From the sequence record NZ_CP024444.1: a stretch of 64,000 bases of DNA. One strand, given 5' to 3'. This document shows positions 9,150-18,951 of the stretch, piece after piece. The position numbers and the translations under genes were made by a program. The notes beneath the pieces are model-generated. The model did no database searches. It saw only the letters and a program-made list of their open reading frames with translations, and had not been told where the DNA came from. Numbering within the stretch: position 1 is the stretch's first letter; every line of letters begins with the position of its first letter. This DNA is from a plasmid.

Positions 9150-12100
9150 ATGAGCATTGTTAACAATGTACAAAATATTGTATTAAGCATCCTGCATGCG
9201 CTAAAAGCCAATGTGGAAGACTATTGCGACCTTGAAACCACCGATGGTCCTACTGAATTAGTATTTAAAAATGGCGGCATGATGACCCTTGTTCGGTACG
9301 ACGGGTTGTTATCCATGATTACCCGTGACATCTTTGATGGTATGAATGACCGTCTTACTGAAGAAATGGCACCGTTTTTAAACAAGTCAGGTCATAAAGT
9401 CTGTATGATGTTTCGACGTGACTTAGATGCCAACTCGTCGCTTCAAACCATTAATCAGCTGCAAAAGCAAACCTGTGAACGCTTGAACTTAGACTTGGGT
9501 TATCTGATTGATGAAAATACCGAAATTTACGAAAAATATATCTATGACGAAGAGTGCTACATTGCCTTAATCACCTTGCCATCCGTTTTAGATAAGGTTG
9601 AGCGTGAAAATCACGAAGAGTATTTAAAGTCGTTCATCGCGCCAGCCATGAAGGATGCGCAAAATCTATCTGCCCCCATTCCCACCTTACGTGCTCGCCA
9701 CTCTTCATTTGTTGAAAAATTCATAACCACCATCAACAACAAAGATTTCTATGTTAAAGCGGTTAAGGTCAACATCCTTGATGCCCTAGCGGTCGTGCGT
9801 CACCAAGTAGCACCAAATACCTCCGACCGTCGCTGGCGTCCGGCAGTTGCCTTAGGTGCTGCCAATGCGCGTGAATTAGGTATTAAGTATCGTACACCGC
9901 TACGTTGGCCAACCACCAGCAACTCACATGATTTTTCACACATGTTGCCGCCATCATTGCCTGAACAAATCATGTTTAATAACATTAATATTTTAGGTCC
10001 CAAAGAGGGCTTGCCACCCAATACCATTGCTACCGATGGTCGTTTGTATGCCACCACCATGATGAATATTCCGCCAACCCAACCAGCGGTATTTGAAGCC
10101 TTATTCAATAGCTTTAATGAGTCATCGTCAAAGGATAGTATGGGGCGCATTCGCTCGATGCCATACTCAATTTGTTTTATGTTGACGGGTGACGGCTACG
10201 CAGGGCATGCGGTGAAAAAAGCCTTTATGCAGTTTTTAAGCAAAGTGCCACCAAGCACCAATGAAAATTTAAAAGCAGCAACCAGTCAGCTGTTAGAATA
10301 TAAACGTGCCGATGTACCCTTGGTTGCGTTTCAGATATCAGCCATGACGTGGTGTGATGATGATGCGTTTGGACGTGAGGAAATCCGTAAACGTCGTACT
10401 CGCTTAATTCATACCTTATCTACTTGGGGTGGCATGAGCTGTGTTGAACGTGCTGGTGACCCTGTATCGATGTTTACCAGTAATATTATTGGTTTATCAG
10501 ACACTTCAATTGCACCAAAGGGTGTTGCGCCTCTACCACGCGCATTTGAAATGATGCCGTTCACCCGTCCTGCATCGCCTTTTTATAAAGGCACGGTACT
10601 GCGTCGCACCCAAGATGGTAAAGCGATGATTTTGGAACGTTTCTCGTCTGAATTAAGCACATGGATTTCGCTATATTCAGGTCGACCGGGTTCGGGCAAA
10701 TCGGTATCGCTTAACAACGACTTAACTGAAACTTGCTTTATGCCGGGTATTGAGCGACTGCCGTATATTACCGTGATTGACGTGGGTATTAGCTCGACAG
10801 GTTTTATTAATCAGCTGCGCAATGGGCTACCTAAGCACCAACGCTATCTTGCTGTCACCAAGCAATTAAGAAAGTCGCGAGAGTATGCGATCAATCCATT
10901 TGATATCAAAGTGGGCTTAACCCGTCCGCTTGAAACCGAAAAAAACCAAATGGCCAGTTTCTTAACCTCGCTATTAACCCCTAAAGAAAAACGTGAACCT
11001 TATAACGGCACTTATAACTTCGTCCTGTACCTTATCACTGAAGTATTTGAGTCAGTAAATGAAGGGGAAGAGAAGGGGTCATCGAAAATCTATCGATACG
11101 GTTATGCCCCTGAATTGGATGATTACTTAATCAATAACAACATCATTCGCTTTGGTACTAAACAAGTGGCTGACGGGTTTGGTGGTCTTAAAAAAATTAT
11201 TGACGGCGATGACATTGAATCGGTCAGTTATTATGAATTAACCCGACGCTTACATGTGATTGGTACTAAATTTGGTGGTGATGAACGCGCATTGGCTTGG
11301 CGTGCTCGTGACTTGGCGCATCGAAACGCAATGCCAACCCTAGATGACATTGTTAAGGTGTTAAATAAACCTGAAACCACCAAACGCTATAAAAACAAAA
11401 TCGAAACTGAAGAAACCATTGTTGAATACGCCTCGCGTGTTATCAATGAGGTAATTAATAACTACCCATGTTTTGCCAATACGACACGTTTTGATGTCGA
11501 CACAGCTCGCGTGGTCGCGCTTGACTTAAACGATGTGGTGGACGTAAATAACCCACAGCAAACCTCGTTGTTTTATCAAATCGCCCGTATGGTGGGGGTA
11601 AAAAAAATCTCACTAACCGAGCAGGATATTGAGTCTGAAGCCATCCCTGACTTGTTTAAACCGTATTACCGTGACCTGTTCCGTGAAATCTCACAGGACC
11701 GCAAAATCCTTGCTATGGATGAAATGCATAACTTGCAGGGTGAGCCTGTCCTCATGGCGCAGCTTGAGAAAGACTGCCGTGAGGGTCGTAAATGGGGACT
11801 TGAAGTTATTTTGGCGTCCCAACGTTTAATCGACTTTAAACGCATTGTCGGCTACGCAACCACGTTAAACATCTGTAGTGAGCCAGCTGGTGAGGACTTA
11901 GCATTACTGCGTGAAAACTTCCGTATCAACGACACCATGGTAGACCAACTGTCACGCATTTCATTGGGTCGTGAAGGCTTAAGTTATTTCTCTTACATCG
12001 TCGGTAAAACCGATATTTATTGTTCAATGCTTACCATGACGGTAGGTCCAAAACGCTTATGGTCGCTGACCACCGATGCTGATGACCGTATTTTACGTCA

Positions 12101-12359
12101 GTATATGTTTGATATCGCTGGCGACAGAAAAACCGCGATCAATGCACTGGCGTTTCGGTTCCCGGGTGGTGCTCGTAACGCCATTAGTGACCTACGTGAG
12201 CAAGTTAAGCTTAAAAGCTCTGACCTATCTGAAGTTGAAATGGAAAAAGAGGCTGGCAACTTGATTGAGAACTTGGCTCGCGAAACGTTGTCGATGTGGG
12301 ACCAATTCCAATTAAATATACAAGCCGACGAACAAAGCGGCTTGTTAGCGTTCGCATAA
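9150..12359 (+). CDS. Large T4SS ATPase of the VirB4/TraC superfamily. Its size and N-terminus suggest the IcmB/DotO/TraU (type IVB) branch.
   Basis: It has a Walker A motif YSGRPGSGKS and a Walker B-like LAMDEMHNL. At 1069 aa it matches DotO/TraU-sized proteins rather than VirB4 proteins of about 800 aa. The N-terminal EDYCDLETTDG is recalled, uncertainly, as IcmB-like. Confidence 0.65.
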   Translation: MSIVNNVQNIVLSILHALKANVEDYCDLETTDGPTELVFKNGGMMTLVRYDGLLSMITRDIFDGMNDRLTEEMAPFLNKSGHKVCMMFRRDLDANSSLQTINQLQKQTCERLNLDLGYLIDENTEIYEKYIYDEECYIALITLPSVLDKVERENHEEYLKSFIAPAMKDAQNLSAPIPTLRARHSSFVEKFITTINNKDFYVKAVKVNILDALAVVRHQVAPNTSDRRWRPAVALGAANARELGIKYRTPLRWPTTSNSHDFSHMLPPSLPEQIMFNNINILGPKEGLPPNTIATDGRLYATTMMNIPPTQPAVFEALFNSFNESSSKDSMGRIRSMPYSICFMLTGDGYAGHAVKKAFMQFLSKVPPSTNENLKAATSQLLEYKRADVPLVAFQISAMTWCDDDAFGREEIRKRRTRLIHTLSTWGGMSCVERAGDPVSMFTSNIIGLSDTSIAPKGVAPLPRAFEMMPFTRPASPFYKGTVLRRTQDGKAMILERFSSELSTWISLYSGRPGSGKSVSLNNDLTETCFMPGIERLPYITVIDVGISSTGFINQLRNGLPKHQRYLAVTKQLRKSREYAINPFDIKVGLTRPLETEKNQMASFLTSLLTPKEKREPYNGTYNFVLYLITEVFESVNEGEEKGSSKIYRYGYAPELDDYLINNNIIRFGTKQVADGFGGLKKIIDGDDIESVSYYELTRRLHVIGTKFGGDERALAWRARDLAHRNAMPTLDDIVKVLNKPETTKRYKNKIETEETIVEYASRVINEVINNYPCFANTTRFDVDTARVVALDLNDVVDVNNPQQTSLFYQIARMVGVKKISLTEQDIESEAIPDLFKPYYRDLFREISQDRKILAMDEMHNLQGEPVLMAQLEKDCREGRKWGLEVILASQRLIDFKRIVGYATTLNICSEPAGEDLALLRENFRINDTMVDQLSRISLGREGLSYFSYIVGKTDIYCSMLTMTVGPKRLWSLTTDADDRILRQYMFDIAGDRKTAINALAFRFPGGARNAISDLREQVKLKSSDLSEVEMEKEAGNLIENLARETLSMWDQFQLNIQADEQSGLLAFA

Positions 12360-12371
12360 TAAGGAAACATC

Positions 12372-15317
12372 ATGCCAGCGTATCAGGGTAATCAATTAAA
12401 ATATAAGCCAACCGAACAGCGTGCTGAAACCAAACGATGGTCAGTACGCATGGCGGAATACTGGAAAACCTCTGAAGGGGCGACTTTCCTAGCAGGGACT
12501 TTGTCGGTTATCGGACTGGTTTCATCATTTTTCCCATTAGGGGGTATTCTAGCTTATCTACCGCTGCGTATCTTATCTCGCAATTTTTTATACCCTGAAC
12601 GCAATTTGCATGATATGCCTATTCGGGTACCAAAATACTTGGGGCTGCCCGATGGCTCTATCGATGCAACCGCCCGAGGTATTAACCCTAAAACCCAACC
12701 TGACAAGCTACTAGGTCAAGGCGTCACCTATCTTGGGATTGACCGCCAAACAGGTCGCCAAACCTATATTAGTAACTCGGACGTGCGCACCCACATGACC
12801 ATCATTGGGACCACAGGTTCGGGTAAAACTGAATTTATTTTTAGCTTGATTGATAACCAGCTTATTCAAAATAGTGGCTTTATCTTCGTCGATGCCAAAG
12901 GCGACATCAATTCACAGCGTACCGTCTGTGCGATGTTGCGTCGCTATATGCGTGAAGATGACATGCTGTCTATTTCATTTGGTGCGTTCGGGCGTAACTT
13001 TATGGAAGCCCAGCTTGATAAGCCAACCAATACCATGAATATCATGGCAAGTACCAGTGATGGTATGCTAATTGAGCTGTTGGCTGGCATGTTAGATAGC
13101 GGTGGAGGTTCATCTGACCTGTGGGTGGGTCGTGCAGTTGCTTTTGTGGGTGCGCTGACAAGACCACTGGTGTTCTTGCGTGACCGTGGCGAAATTAACC
13201 TGTCACCAAGCACGTATATTGAATACATGGAATTAAGCGAAATTGAACGCTTGGTATTTGAGCGCAATAACGATTATCCTGGCTTTGATGAAGTGTTGGC
13301 ACCGCTACGTTCTTACCTTATCACCTTGCCAGGTTATAGCATGGCCAAACGTGCCAAGGGTGAGGCACAAGACCAAAAAACCAATGAGCAGTTTGGTTAT
13401 ATCACCATGCAGCTAACCCGTGCAATCAATGACTTGTCCTACACCTATGGGCATATTTTTGGGGTCGAGCAAGGGGATGTGGATGTCGTCGATGTTATTT
13501 TAAACCGTCGCTGTTTAACCATCTTATTACCAGCCCTAGAACGTTCGATTGACTCATTGAATATGCTAGGTAAGCTCATTATCGGTAGTATCAAGCAAAT
13601 GATGGCAGGCTCGCTTGGTAATAAAATGGAAGGCTTGATCCGTGTGACCGTTGACTCACGCCCAACCACCGCAAATGACGCCTTTCAAATCATCCTAGAT
13701 GAAGTTGGGTACATGATGGTTCGCGGCATGTCAATTATTCCGGCACAAGCTCGCGCATTGAATATTGGCATGGTGTTTGCGTCACAATCGTACACCGATT
13801 TAAAACGTGGGTCAGCAGAAGAGGCTGAAGCGATTTGGGCAAATACCACCATTAAGGTCGTGGGTCGTTTAACTGAATCTGAAGACGATGAAACCATTCG
13901 TAAAGTTAAAGGTGTCGCTGGTCAATACGAACAGATGGTAACCAATAGCTATGACTATCAAGGTACCGATGTTGGCTATCAATACAACCCATCGCAATCC
14001 GTTCACCGCGAAATGCGCTCGCAAATCAATATGCAAGACTTGGGTGGTCAGCAAGACGGTGAATTCCATGTGGTGATTGGTAAGAAATTTAATGGTGGCA
14101 AATCACAAGGTTTAGCGGTTGTCCGTATTCTAGGTTTCTATATGGGCAAGATTGCTGAAGGCTCTCACATGTACCTAAATGACCTCGCGCCAGCACCCAT
14201 GCCCGATAAACGTAAATTTTTACATCTAAAAGAAGTCACCCAGCAATTACAAAGTGTGATTGAAAAACAGCAGTTAAGCCATGAGCTCAACAACAATATT
14301 AGCCAAACTGCCTCTATCCAAAAAACCCAAACCAATCGCTTAAGAAGTGAGCGAACGCCAGTTGGAACCGATAAAAACAATATTATTTTATTCCTGCGCC
14401 ATGCCAAACAAGAGATTATGGCGCATGCTGACGACTATGGTAGTCGCGCCTTGGTGACCGAGTTAACCCTTAATCGCTTGTCTGAAAGCTTGCAATCAGT
14501 GTTTAATAGCGAAGTGGTATTGCCTGTTAACCGCTTACGCAACGGCTCTATCAATCCAATGCAAGATGACGACGTCACAGGCTTTGTGGTGAGTCATGCC
14601 CCTGACATGCTGGATAGCAACTTGGTGACGGCAATGTCTGCCAATTTTGCGCAAACAGGCTACACCTTTGACCGCAGCTCGCATGAAGCAACCTTGCGCC
14701 ATCACTATGAGCTTGCTGAACAGCTACGCCAAGACGCTGAATTGGCGCGTTTAGAATCCGTGTATGCCGATAGTGATTTCCTTTGGGAAAGCCGTAAAAA
14801 TCAGCATTTTGATAGCATGTACCTAAACAATCATGGCGCATTGCCAAGCGATGCCTCGAACACGCCTGAAATGCAGGCATTGTCCCAGCAATTTGAAGAA
14901 AGACAGCTGCTACAACCACTGGCAATGACGGTGTTGTTTAATAACCATGAGATTAATGCCGCCATGAGCAATCCTGAACAGCTGCCAGCGGATGTTGACC
15001 CAACGTGGTTGTTAAATGCCAATGCCATTAAAGATGCTGACCAGTTGCGTAAAAAAATCCAGCAATACCTTGCCTTGCATCACACCCAAAACGAGGCGAT
15101 TGCTACCGAACATCAAATGCTATGTTTCTCAAACCGCTTAAGTGCCTCTATTGCTACCCAAAATGAAGCATTAGACAACCTTGGTAAAAACCGTCCTGTA
15201 TCGCCAAGCCGTTTCTTTGAAGATATGTCAGATAACAACTTACAAGAAACCTTTAAACGACTACGAAACAATGCATTGGTCGCACAGCAACAGCCAAAAA
15301 AAGATGACAGCCAATAA
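12372..15317 (+). CDS. Type IV coupling protein of the VirD4/TraD/DotL family.
   Basis: It has an N-terminal transmembrane segment followed by Walker A IIGTTGSGKTEF and an FIFVDAKGD motif typical of T4CPs. A long C-terminal extension is also present. Confidence 0.7.
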   Translation: MPAYQGNQLKYKPTEQRAETKRWSVRMAEYWKTSEGATFLAGTLSVIGLVSSFFPLGGILAYLPLRILSRNFLYPERNLHDMPIRVPKYLGLPDGSIDATARGINPKTQPDKLLGQGVTYLGIDRQTGRQTYISNSDVRTHMTIIGTTGSGKTEFIFSLIDNQLIQNSGFIFVDAKGDINSQRTVCAMLRRYMREDDMLSISFGAFGRNFMEAQLDKPTNTMNIMASTSDGMLIELLAGMLDSGGGSSDLWVGRAVAFVGALTRPLVFLRDRGEINLSPSTYIEYMELSEIERLVFERNNDYPGFDEVLAPLRSYLITLPGYSMAKRAKGEAQDQKTNEQFGYITMQLTRAINDLSYTYGHIFGVEQGDVDVVDVILNRRCLTILLPALERSIDSLNMLGKLIIGSIKQMMAGSLGNKMEGLIRVTVDSRPTTANDAFQIILDEVGYMMVRGMSIIPAQARALNIGMVFASQSYTDLKRGSAEEAEAIWANTTIKVVGRLTESEDDETIRKVKGVAGQYEQMVTNSYDYQGTDVGYQYNPSQSVHREMRSQINMQDLGGQQDGEFHVVIGKKFNGGKSQGLAVVRILGFYMGKIAEGSHMYLNDLAPAPMPDKRKFLHLKEVTQQLQSVIEKQQLSHELNNNISQTASIQKTQTNRLRSERTPVGTDKNNIILFLRHAKQEIMAHADDYGSRALVTELTLNRLSESLQSVFNSEVVLPVNRLRNGSINPMQDDDVTGFVVSHAPDMLDSNLVTAMSANFAQTGYTFDRSSHEATLRHHYELAEQLRQDAELARLESVYADSDFLWESRKNQHFDSMYLNNHGALPSDASNTPEMQALSQQFEERQLLQPLAMTVLFNNHEINAAMSNPEQLPADVDPTWLLNANAIKDADQLRKKIQQYLALHHTQNEAIATEHQMLCFSNRLSASIATQNEALDNLGKNRPVSPSRFFEDMSDNNLQETFKRLRNNALVAQQQPKKDDSQ

Positions 15318-15330
15318 AGTGAGCAACGCT

Positions 15331-15660
15331 ATGAATAATAATCAACTTATGGATGATGATAATTTAGATGACGAATTCTTGCCATCCCCGTTATACGATA
15401 GTATGAAAACCCATCAAAGCTTTGAACACCTATTGGATAATGCCAAGTCGGTATTAAATACTCGTGCAGACTTTCCATTTTCTAGTATGCATAAACAAAC
15501 ATTAAAAAAATTGGAAAAAGTTGATAAAGCCTTTTTAAAACAAGTGACATTAGCTTTATCAACAGATGATGTAAAAAAGGATCAGTTATTAGCCAGTAAA
15601 CTAGAACAGATTACCCAATATCTGTTAGAAAGATTTGACTTCCTCCCCTCCCTAAAGTGA
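15331..15660 (+). CDS. Hypothetical acidic protein. It is probably the 5' portion of a gene split by the tnpB element. An alternative start lies at 15304.
   Basis: The ORF's last codons run into the IS right-end hairpin. The tracked ORF start at 15181 lies inside the upstream gene and was rejected. Confidence 0.35.
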   Translation: MNNNQLMDDDNLDDEFLPSPLYDSMKTHQSFEHLLDNAKSVLNTRADFPFSSMHKQTLKKLEKVDKAFLKQVTLALSTDDVKKDQLLASKLEQITQYLLERFDFLPSLK

Positions 15661-16890
15661 GGGGATTCCTTCTACAAGACGGTCAAGCCCGACCGCAAGA
15701 ATGTTCTTAGCAGCATTGATATCTCTATCATGCCATGTGCCACACGTTGCACAAGTCCATTCTCTTATCCCAAGCGATTTTCTACCTTTCGGACTGTTGT
15801 CGGTAATATCACCGCAACACGAACATCGTTGGGTCGTGTATTTTTCATTCACGATTTCAAAACGGCAACCTGCGTTCTCGCATTTGTAGGTCAGTTGTCG
15901 TTTCATTTCAAACCAACCTGCATCGTAAACCGATTTAGCCAGTTTGCCTTTTTTACTATTAAATTGATTACTCTGAATATCACCGACCACGATTAGGGCA
16001 TTGTCCTTGACTAATTGGGTGGTAAATTTATGGATTAAGTCTTGGCGTGTGTTTTTGATTTTGGCATGGATCGCTTTGACACGCTGTTTGTTTTTGGCAC
16101 GTTGGGCGGTGGCTAAATCTTTGGCATATTTGAGCGTTTGTTTGATTTGTAATTTATTGCCATTTGAGGCGGTGGCACTGTCTTTTAAGCCTAAGTCAAT
16201 GCCTACGCTACCCGTTCCGCATTGTGTCTTGGGGTATTCTTTGACGGTAATACAGGCATACCAACGGTTACGGCTGTCTTGCACGATTTCTAGTGTGTTG
16301 ATTTGATACAGCGATAGATTGTAGCTGTCCCATAGGTCGATGGTTAGCTTTTGCCCTTTGGCTAGACTTAGTTGCAGAGTTGATTTTAAGCCCTTTTTGC
16401 CTGTTTGGTGGGTGGCAATATGCTTAATAGCCGATTGTTTAAATGGTAGCCAACCAAGCGATTTACGCTTAGAATTTGGGTTGTTGGTTCGCCAGTTAAG
16501 TTTGGATTTTTTGAATTGTTTACGGCTTTTGGCGTGGGTTTCGCTGATAGCTTGAATAGTTTGTGAGTGCAAGCCCAGTAACTCACCGCTACCTTTGGTG
16601 TAGTCGTTTAGGTCATAAGCACTAAAGAATTTGCCAGTTTTTTGTAGGTGTCTGTAACTCAAATCATTGACATAATTCCACACGAAATTGACCGAACCGC
16701 TTAGGCGGTTTAGTTGGTCTGTGTGTTTATCTCGTATGCGTAGCTTGAGTGTTTTCATCGGAATTAGTGTGGCAAGTTATGTTTGAGGTTTCAAGGTGCT
16801 AGGTTGGCTATACGTCATTATGCGTCGTGTTGTTTGCCTTATATCCACCGCCTAAATGCGGTGGTTTTACGGCAAGGGGTGATAAAAACG
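15630..16890 (-). mobile_element. IS605-family element of the IS1341 type carrying tnpB only, with subterminal hairpins at both ends. Boundaries are approximate.
   Basis: The tnpB ORF lies between the hairpins ccaccgc-CTAAAT-gcggtgg (16845-16864) and cccctc-CCTAAAGT-gagggg (15645-15664). No TnpA is adjacent. Confidence 0.6.
15652..16758 (-). CDS. tnpB: TnpB, an RNA-guided RuvC-like endonuclease of the IS200/IS605 OrfB family.
   Basis: It shows RuvC-I GIDLG, a zinc finger CSCCG...CATCG, and RuvC-III RDINAAKNI. At 368 aa its length is typical. Confidence 0.8.
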   Translation of the reverse strand: MKTLKLRIRDKHTDQLNRLSGSVNFVWNYVNDLSYRHLQKTGKFFSAYDLNDYTKGSGELLGLHSQTIQAISETHAKSRKQFKKSKLNWRTNNPNSKRKSLGWLPFKQSAIKHIATHQTGKKGLKSTLQLSLAKGQKLTIDLWDSYNLSLYQINTLEIVQDSRNRWYACITVKEYPKTQCGTGSVGIDLGLKDSATASNGNKLQIKQTLKYAKDLATAQRAKNKQRVKAIHAKIKNTRQDLIHKFTTQLVKDNALIVVGDIQSNQFNSKKGKLAKSVYDAGWFEMKRQLTYKCENAGCRFEIVNEKYTTQRCSCCGDITDNSPKGRKSLGIREWTCATCGTWHDRDINAAKNILAVGLDRLVEGIPSL

Positions 16891-17402
16891 CTTTACTAAA
16901 TACCGAGCTTAAGCATATTACCAGCTACCCACACTTAGGTTACCATCTATTTTTGTTAAAAGATCAACACCTAGTTGCTTATTACGAAGACACAGCTTTG
17001 ATTTCTACCTGTCAGATTTACGTTGATGATGCAGATTTGGGCACTTGGATGTATGTGAATTATTTGCTTGAAAAAATTATCTATTTTGACGTATATAGAA
17101 CCAGCCTTGATAAGCTTACAGTAGGTAGCGTCCTTATTAATCAACCCAAAGATAAAGCATATTCGTTACAAGCATTTAAAGTGGTAGCCAAAAACACCAT
17201 ACCACTGACAGATACTTATGCTATGCTGAACAATACAGTTCTGACACTCGCGCCCATTATGCGTTTAAACAATGCAATAGACCCAAATAAAGTTATTGGT
17301 TGGAATGTATTAGCACTTCCAGGTTATGATAATGATAAGGGTCAGTTGTCCGTTACCATCCCGGCACTAGAGCATGAAGTTGGCACTTTTTACATTAAAT
17401 AA
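16827..17402 (+). CDS. Hypothetical protein. Its 5' end overlaps the IS left end, so it may be the 3' portion of the gene split by the tnpB element.
   Basis: The ORF begins inside the IS left-end hairpin region, and no canonical start or RBS precedes the internal Met at 17052. Confidence 0.3.
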   Translation: MLFALYPPPKCGGFTARGDKNALLNTELKHITSYPHLGYHLFLLKDQHLVAYYEDTALISTCQIYVDDADLGTWMYVNYLLEKIIYFDVYRTSLDKLTVGSVLINQPKDKAYSLQAFKVVAKNTIPLTDTYAMLNNTVLTLAPIMRLNNAIDPNKVIGWNVLALPGYDNDKGQLSVTIPALEHEVGTFYIK

Positions 17403-17549
17403 TTCGTAGGTTTAAAACGCTTTAGTTTTACCTATCGCTTTAGCAAGGGGAGGATTTCGAGTTGAATAATAGATTTGATATATTATTTGTTATCTTTGAT
17501 AGGCTCTGATATATTACGTTCAAATTAACTTATTTTATAGATAATACAC

Positions 17550-17969
17550 ATGTTTGAACTTGAAATGATTGGAAAACGGCTTGAAAATGAGCGAAAACGG
17601 CTGGGAATGAAGGCGGTTGAGGTTTACAAAAGCCTTGATATTGCTCAAACCACTTATAAAAGTTATGAAACTGGCAAACGCAATATTCCTGCCAGCTTAC
17701 TTACAAAACTATGGGATATAGGTTTTGATATATTGTATATTGTAACAGGAGTATACACCGAATCAGCGAACAGTAATCAGGTAATCAGGCAAAATCGGTT
17801 AGTAAATTTACCGGATAATACTGACACGCATGTCTTGTCAGACAGTCTATTAATATATATGCACCAGGCAGAAGAAGCACTGATTCAAGCTGGTGCAGAA
17901 GCCGCCAAACACTATAGTTATAAGGATTTGTTAATAGCTGCAAGTGTTATACAACAGAAAAAGGGCTAA
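17550..17969 (+). CDS. XRE/Cro-C1-type helix-turn-helix transcriptional regulator.
   Basis: The stretch LGMKAVEVYKSLDIAQTTYKSYETGKRNIPASLLTKL fits the classic XRE HTH pattern. Confidence 0.6.
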   Translation: MFELEMIGKRLENERKRLGMKAVEVYKSLDIAQTTYKSYETGKRNIPASLLTKLWDIGFDILYIVTGVYTESANSNQVIRQNRLVNLPDNTDTHVLSDSLLIYMHQAEEALIQAGAEAAKHYSYKDLLIAASVIQQKKG

Positions 17970-18288
17970 AACTTTATTGTTATTAATAAAGCTTAAGGAT
18001 GTTAAAAATAATGAAACAAAAAAATTAATGTCAGTGCAATTATTGTTGCCTAGATTTAATGATGGCAACTCTGGAGTGGGAACCATGCTCTTTAGGGCAT
18101 GGAGGAAACGTCATGTTGTTTAATTTTTCTATCTAGCTATTCATCATAATTATAGTGAAACCCTGATAATTAAGACTTTCCTGCAATTCTTGATTAATCA
18201 GTGATTTAAACGACAAAAAAATGTACTAAAACTACAAAATTTTGTTAAAATTGATAAAAGTTTACTAACTGACTTGGTAAACATTAAG

Positions 18289-18309
18289 TTATAGCGAATA
18301 AAATACAGG
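18289..18309 (+). promoter_or_regulatory. Motif copy TTATAGCGAATAAAATACAGG, located 8 nt before the ATG at 18317.
   Basis: The sequence matches the recurring motif. Confidence 0.55.
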
Positions 18310-18316
18310 TACCAAA

Positions 18317-18658
18317 ATGAAACTAGCTCGCTCTAGTATTGGTATTACACCAACCAATGTCCAAAAGTACGTCACAAATCCGCTGCTATGCTTGGTGGGT
18401 TTCAACTTGCTTTTTCTTATTGTTTTTTCTTTGTCTATAACGTCAGCGTCTAATTCAAAAGCTTTACAAATCAATCCATACATTCTAAGTGTCGTGGTTT
18501 TCAATCAGCTCGTCTTGTGTTTTGCACTTGTCATGGTCAATTTTTACGAGAAAGCGTTGATTACCACCAGTGCCATTACCTTTACGGTGTTGCTTACGGC
18601 TATTTTTTTACTGGCCAACGTAGGATTTATGATTTCGCTATTTATCCAGCTTAGTTAA
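18317..18658 (+). CDS. Small polytopic membrane protein.
   Basis: It has three or four hydrophobic helices and the conserved motif upstream. Confidence 0.45.
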   Translation: MKLARSSIGITPTNVQKYVTNPLLCLVGFNLLFLIVFSLSITSASNSKALQINPYILSVVVFNQLVLCFALVMVNFYEKALITTSAITFTVLLTAIFLLANVGFMISLFIQLS

Positions 18659-18951
18659 GCAATTAACTAGGCTGGTTTGCATGCGACTGGAAAAGTATTT
18701 TTTGAGCTAGATGCTAAACCCTTTTGATACCATCGCTCGGTTAGGGTGGTGTTAAAAAAGGTATTGGATATGCCGATACTTTTTAAATAACCAATAGGTT
18801 ATCACTTTTTGTTTTTTATTCGCACCATGACTTAATGTTGCATTTTAATCTTGGCAATAGCATTTGATGGCTAGTTAAAAATGCTATTAATTAACAAATC
18901 AAAGTCTGTCGGCTTACCTTACGCCACAACTTTAAAACTAGGGTTTACATT

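Noticed and set aside
15181-15330. Tracked ORF start at 15181 for the small acidic protein.
   Set aside because: It starts 137 nt inside the coupling-protein gene in another frame. The Met at 15331, preceded by an SD-like GTGAG, is more plausible; 15304 remains an alternative.
15701-16586. Plus- and minus-strand ORFs nested in tnpB (15701-15889, 15730-15996, 16001-16306, 16340-16555, 16386-16586).
   Set aside because: They are antisense or overlapping the conserved TnpB frame and have no features.
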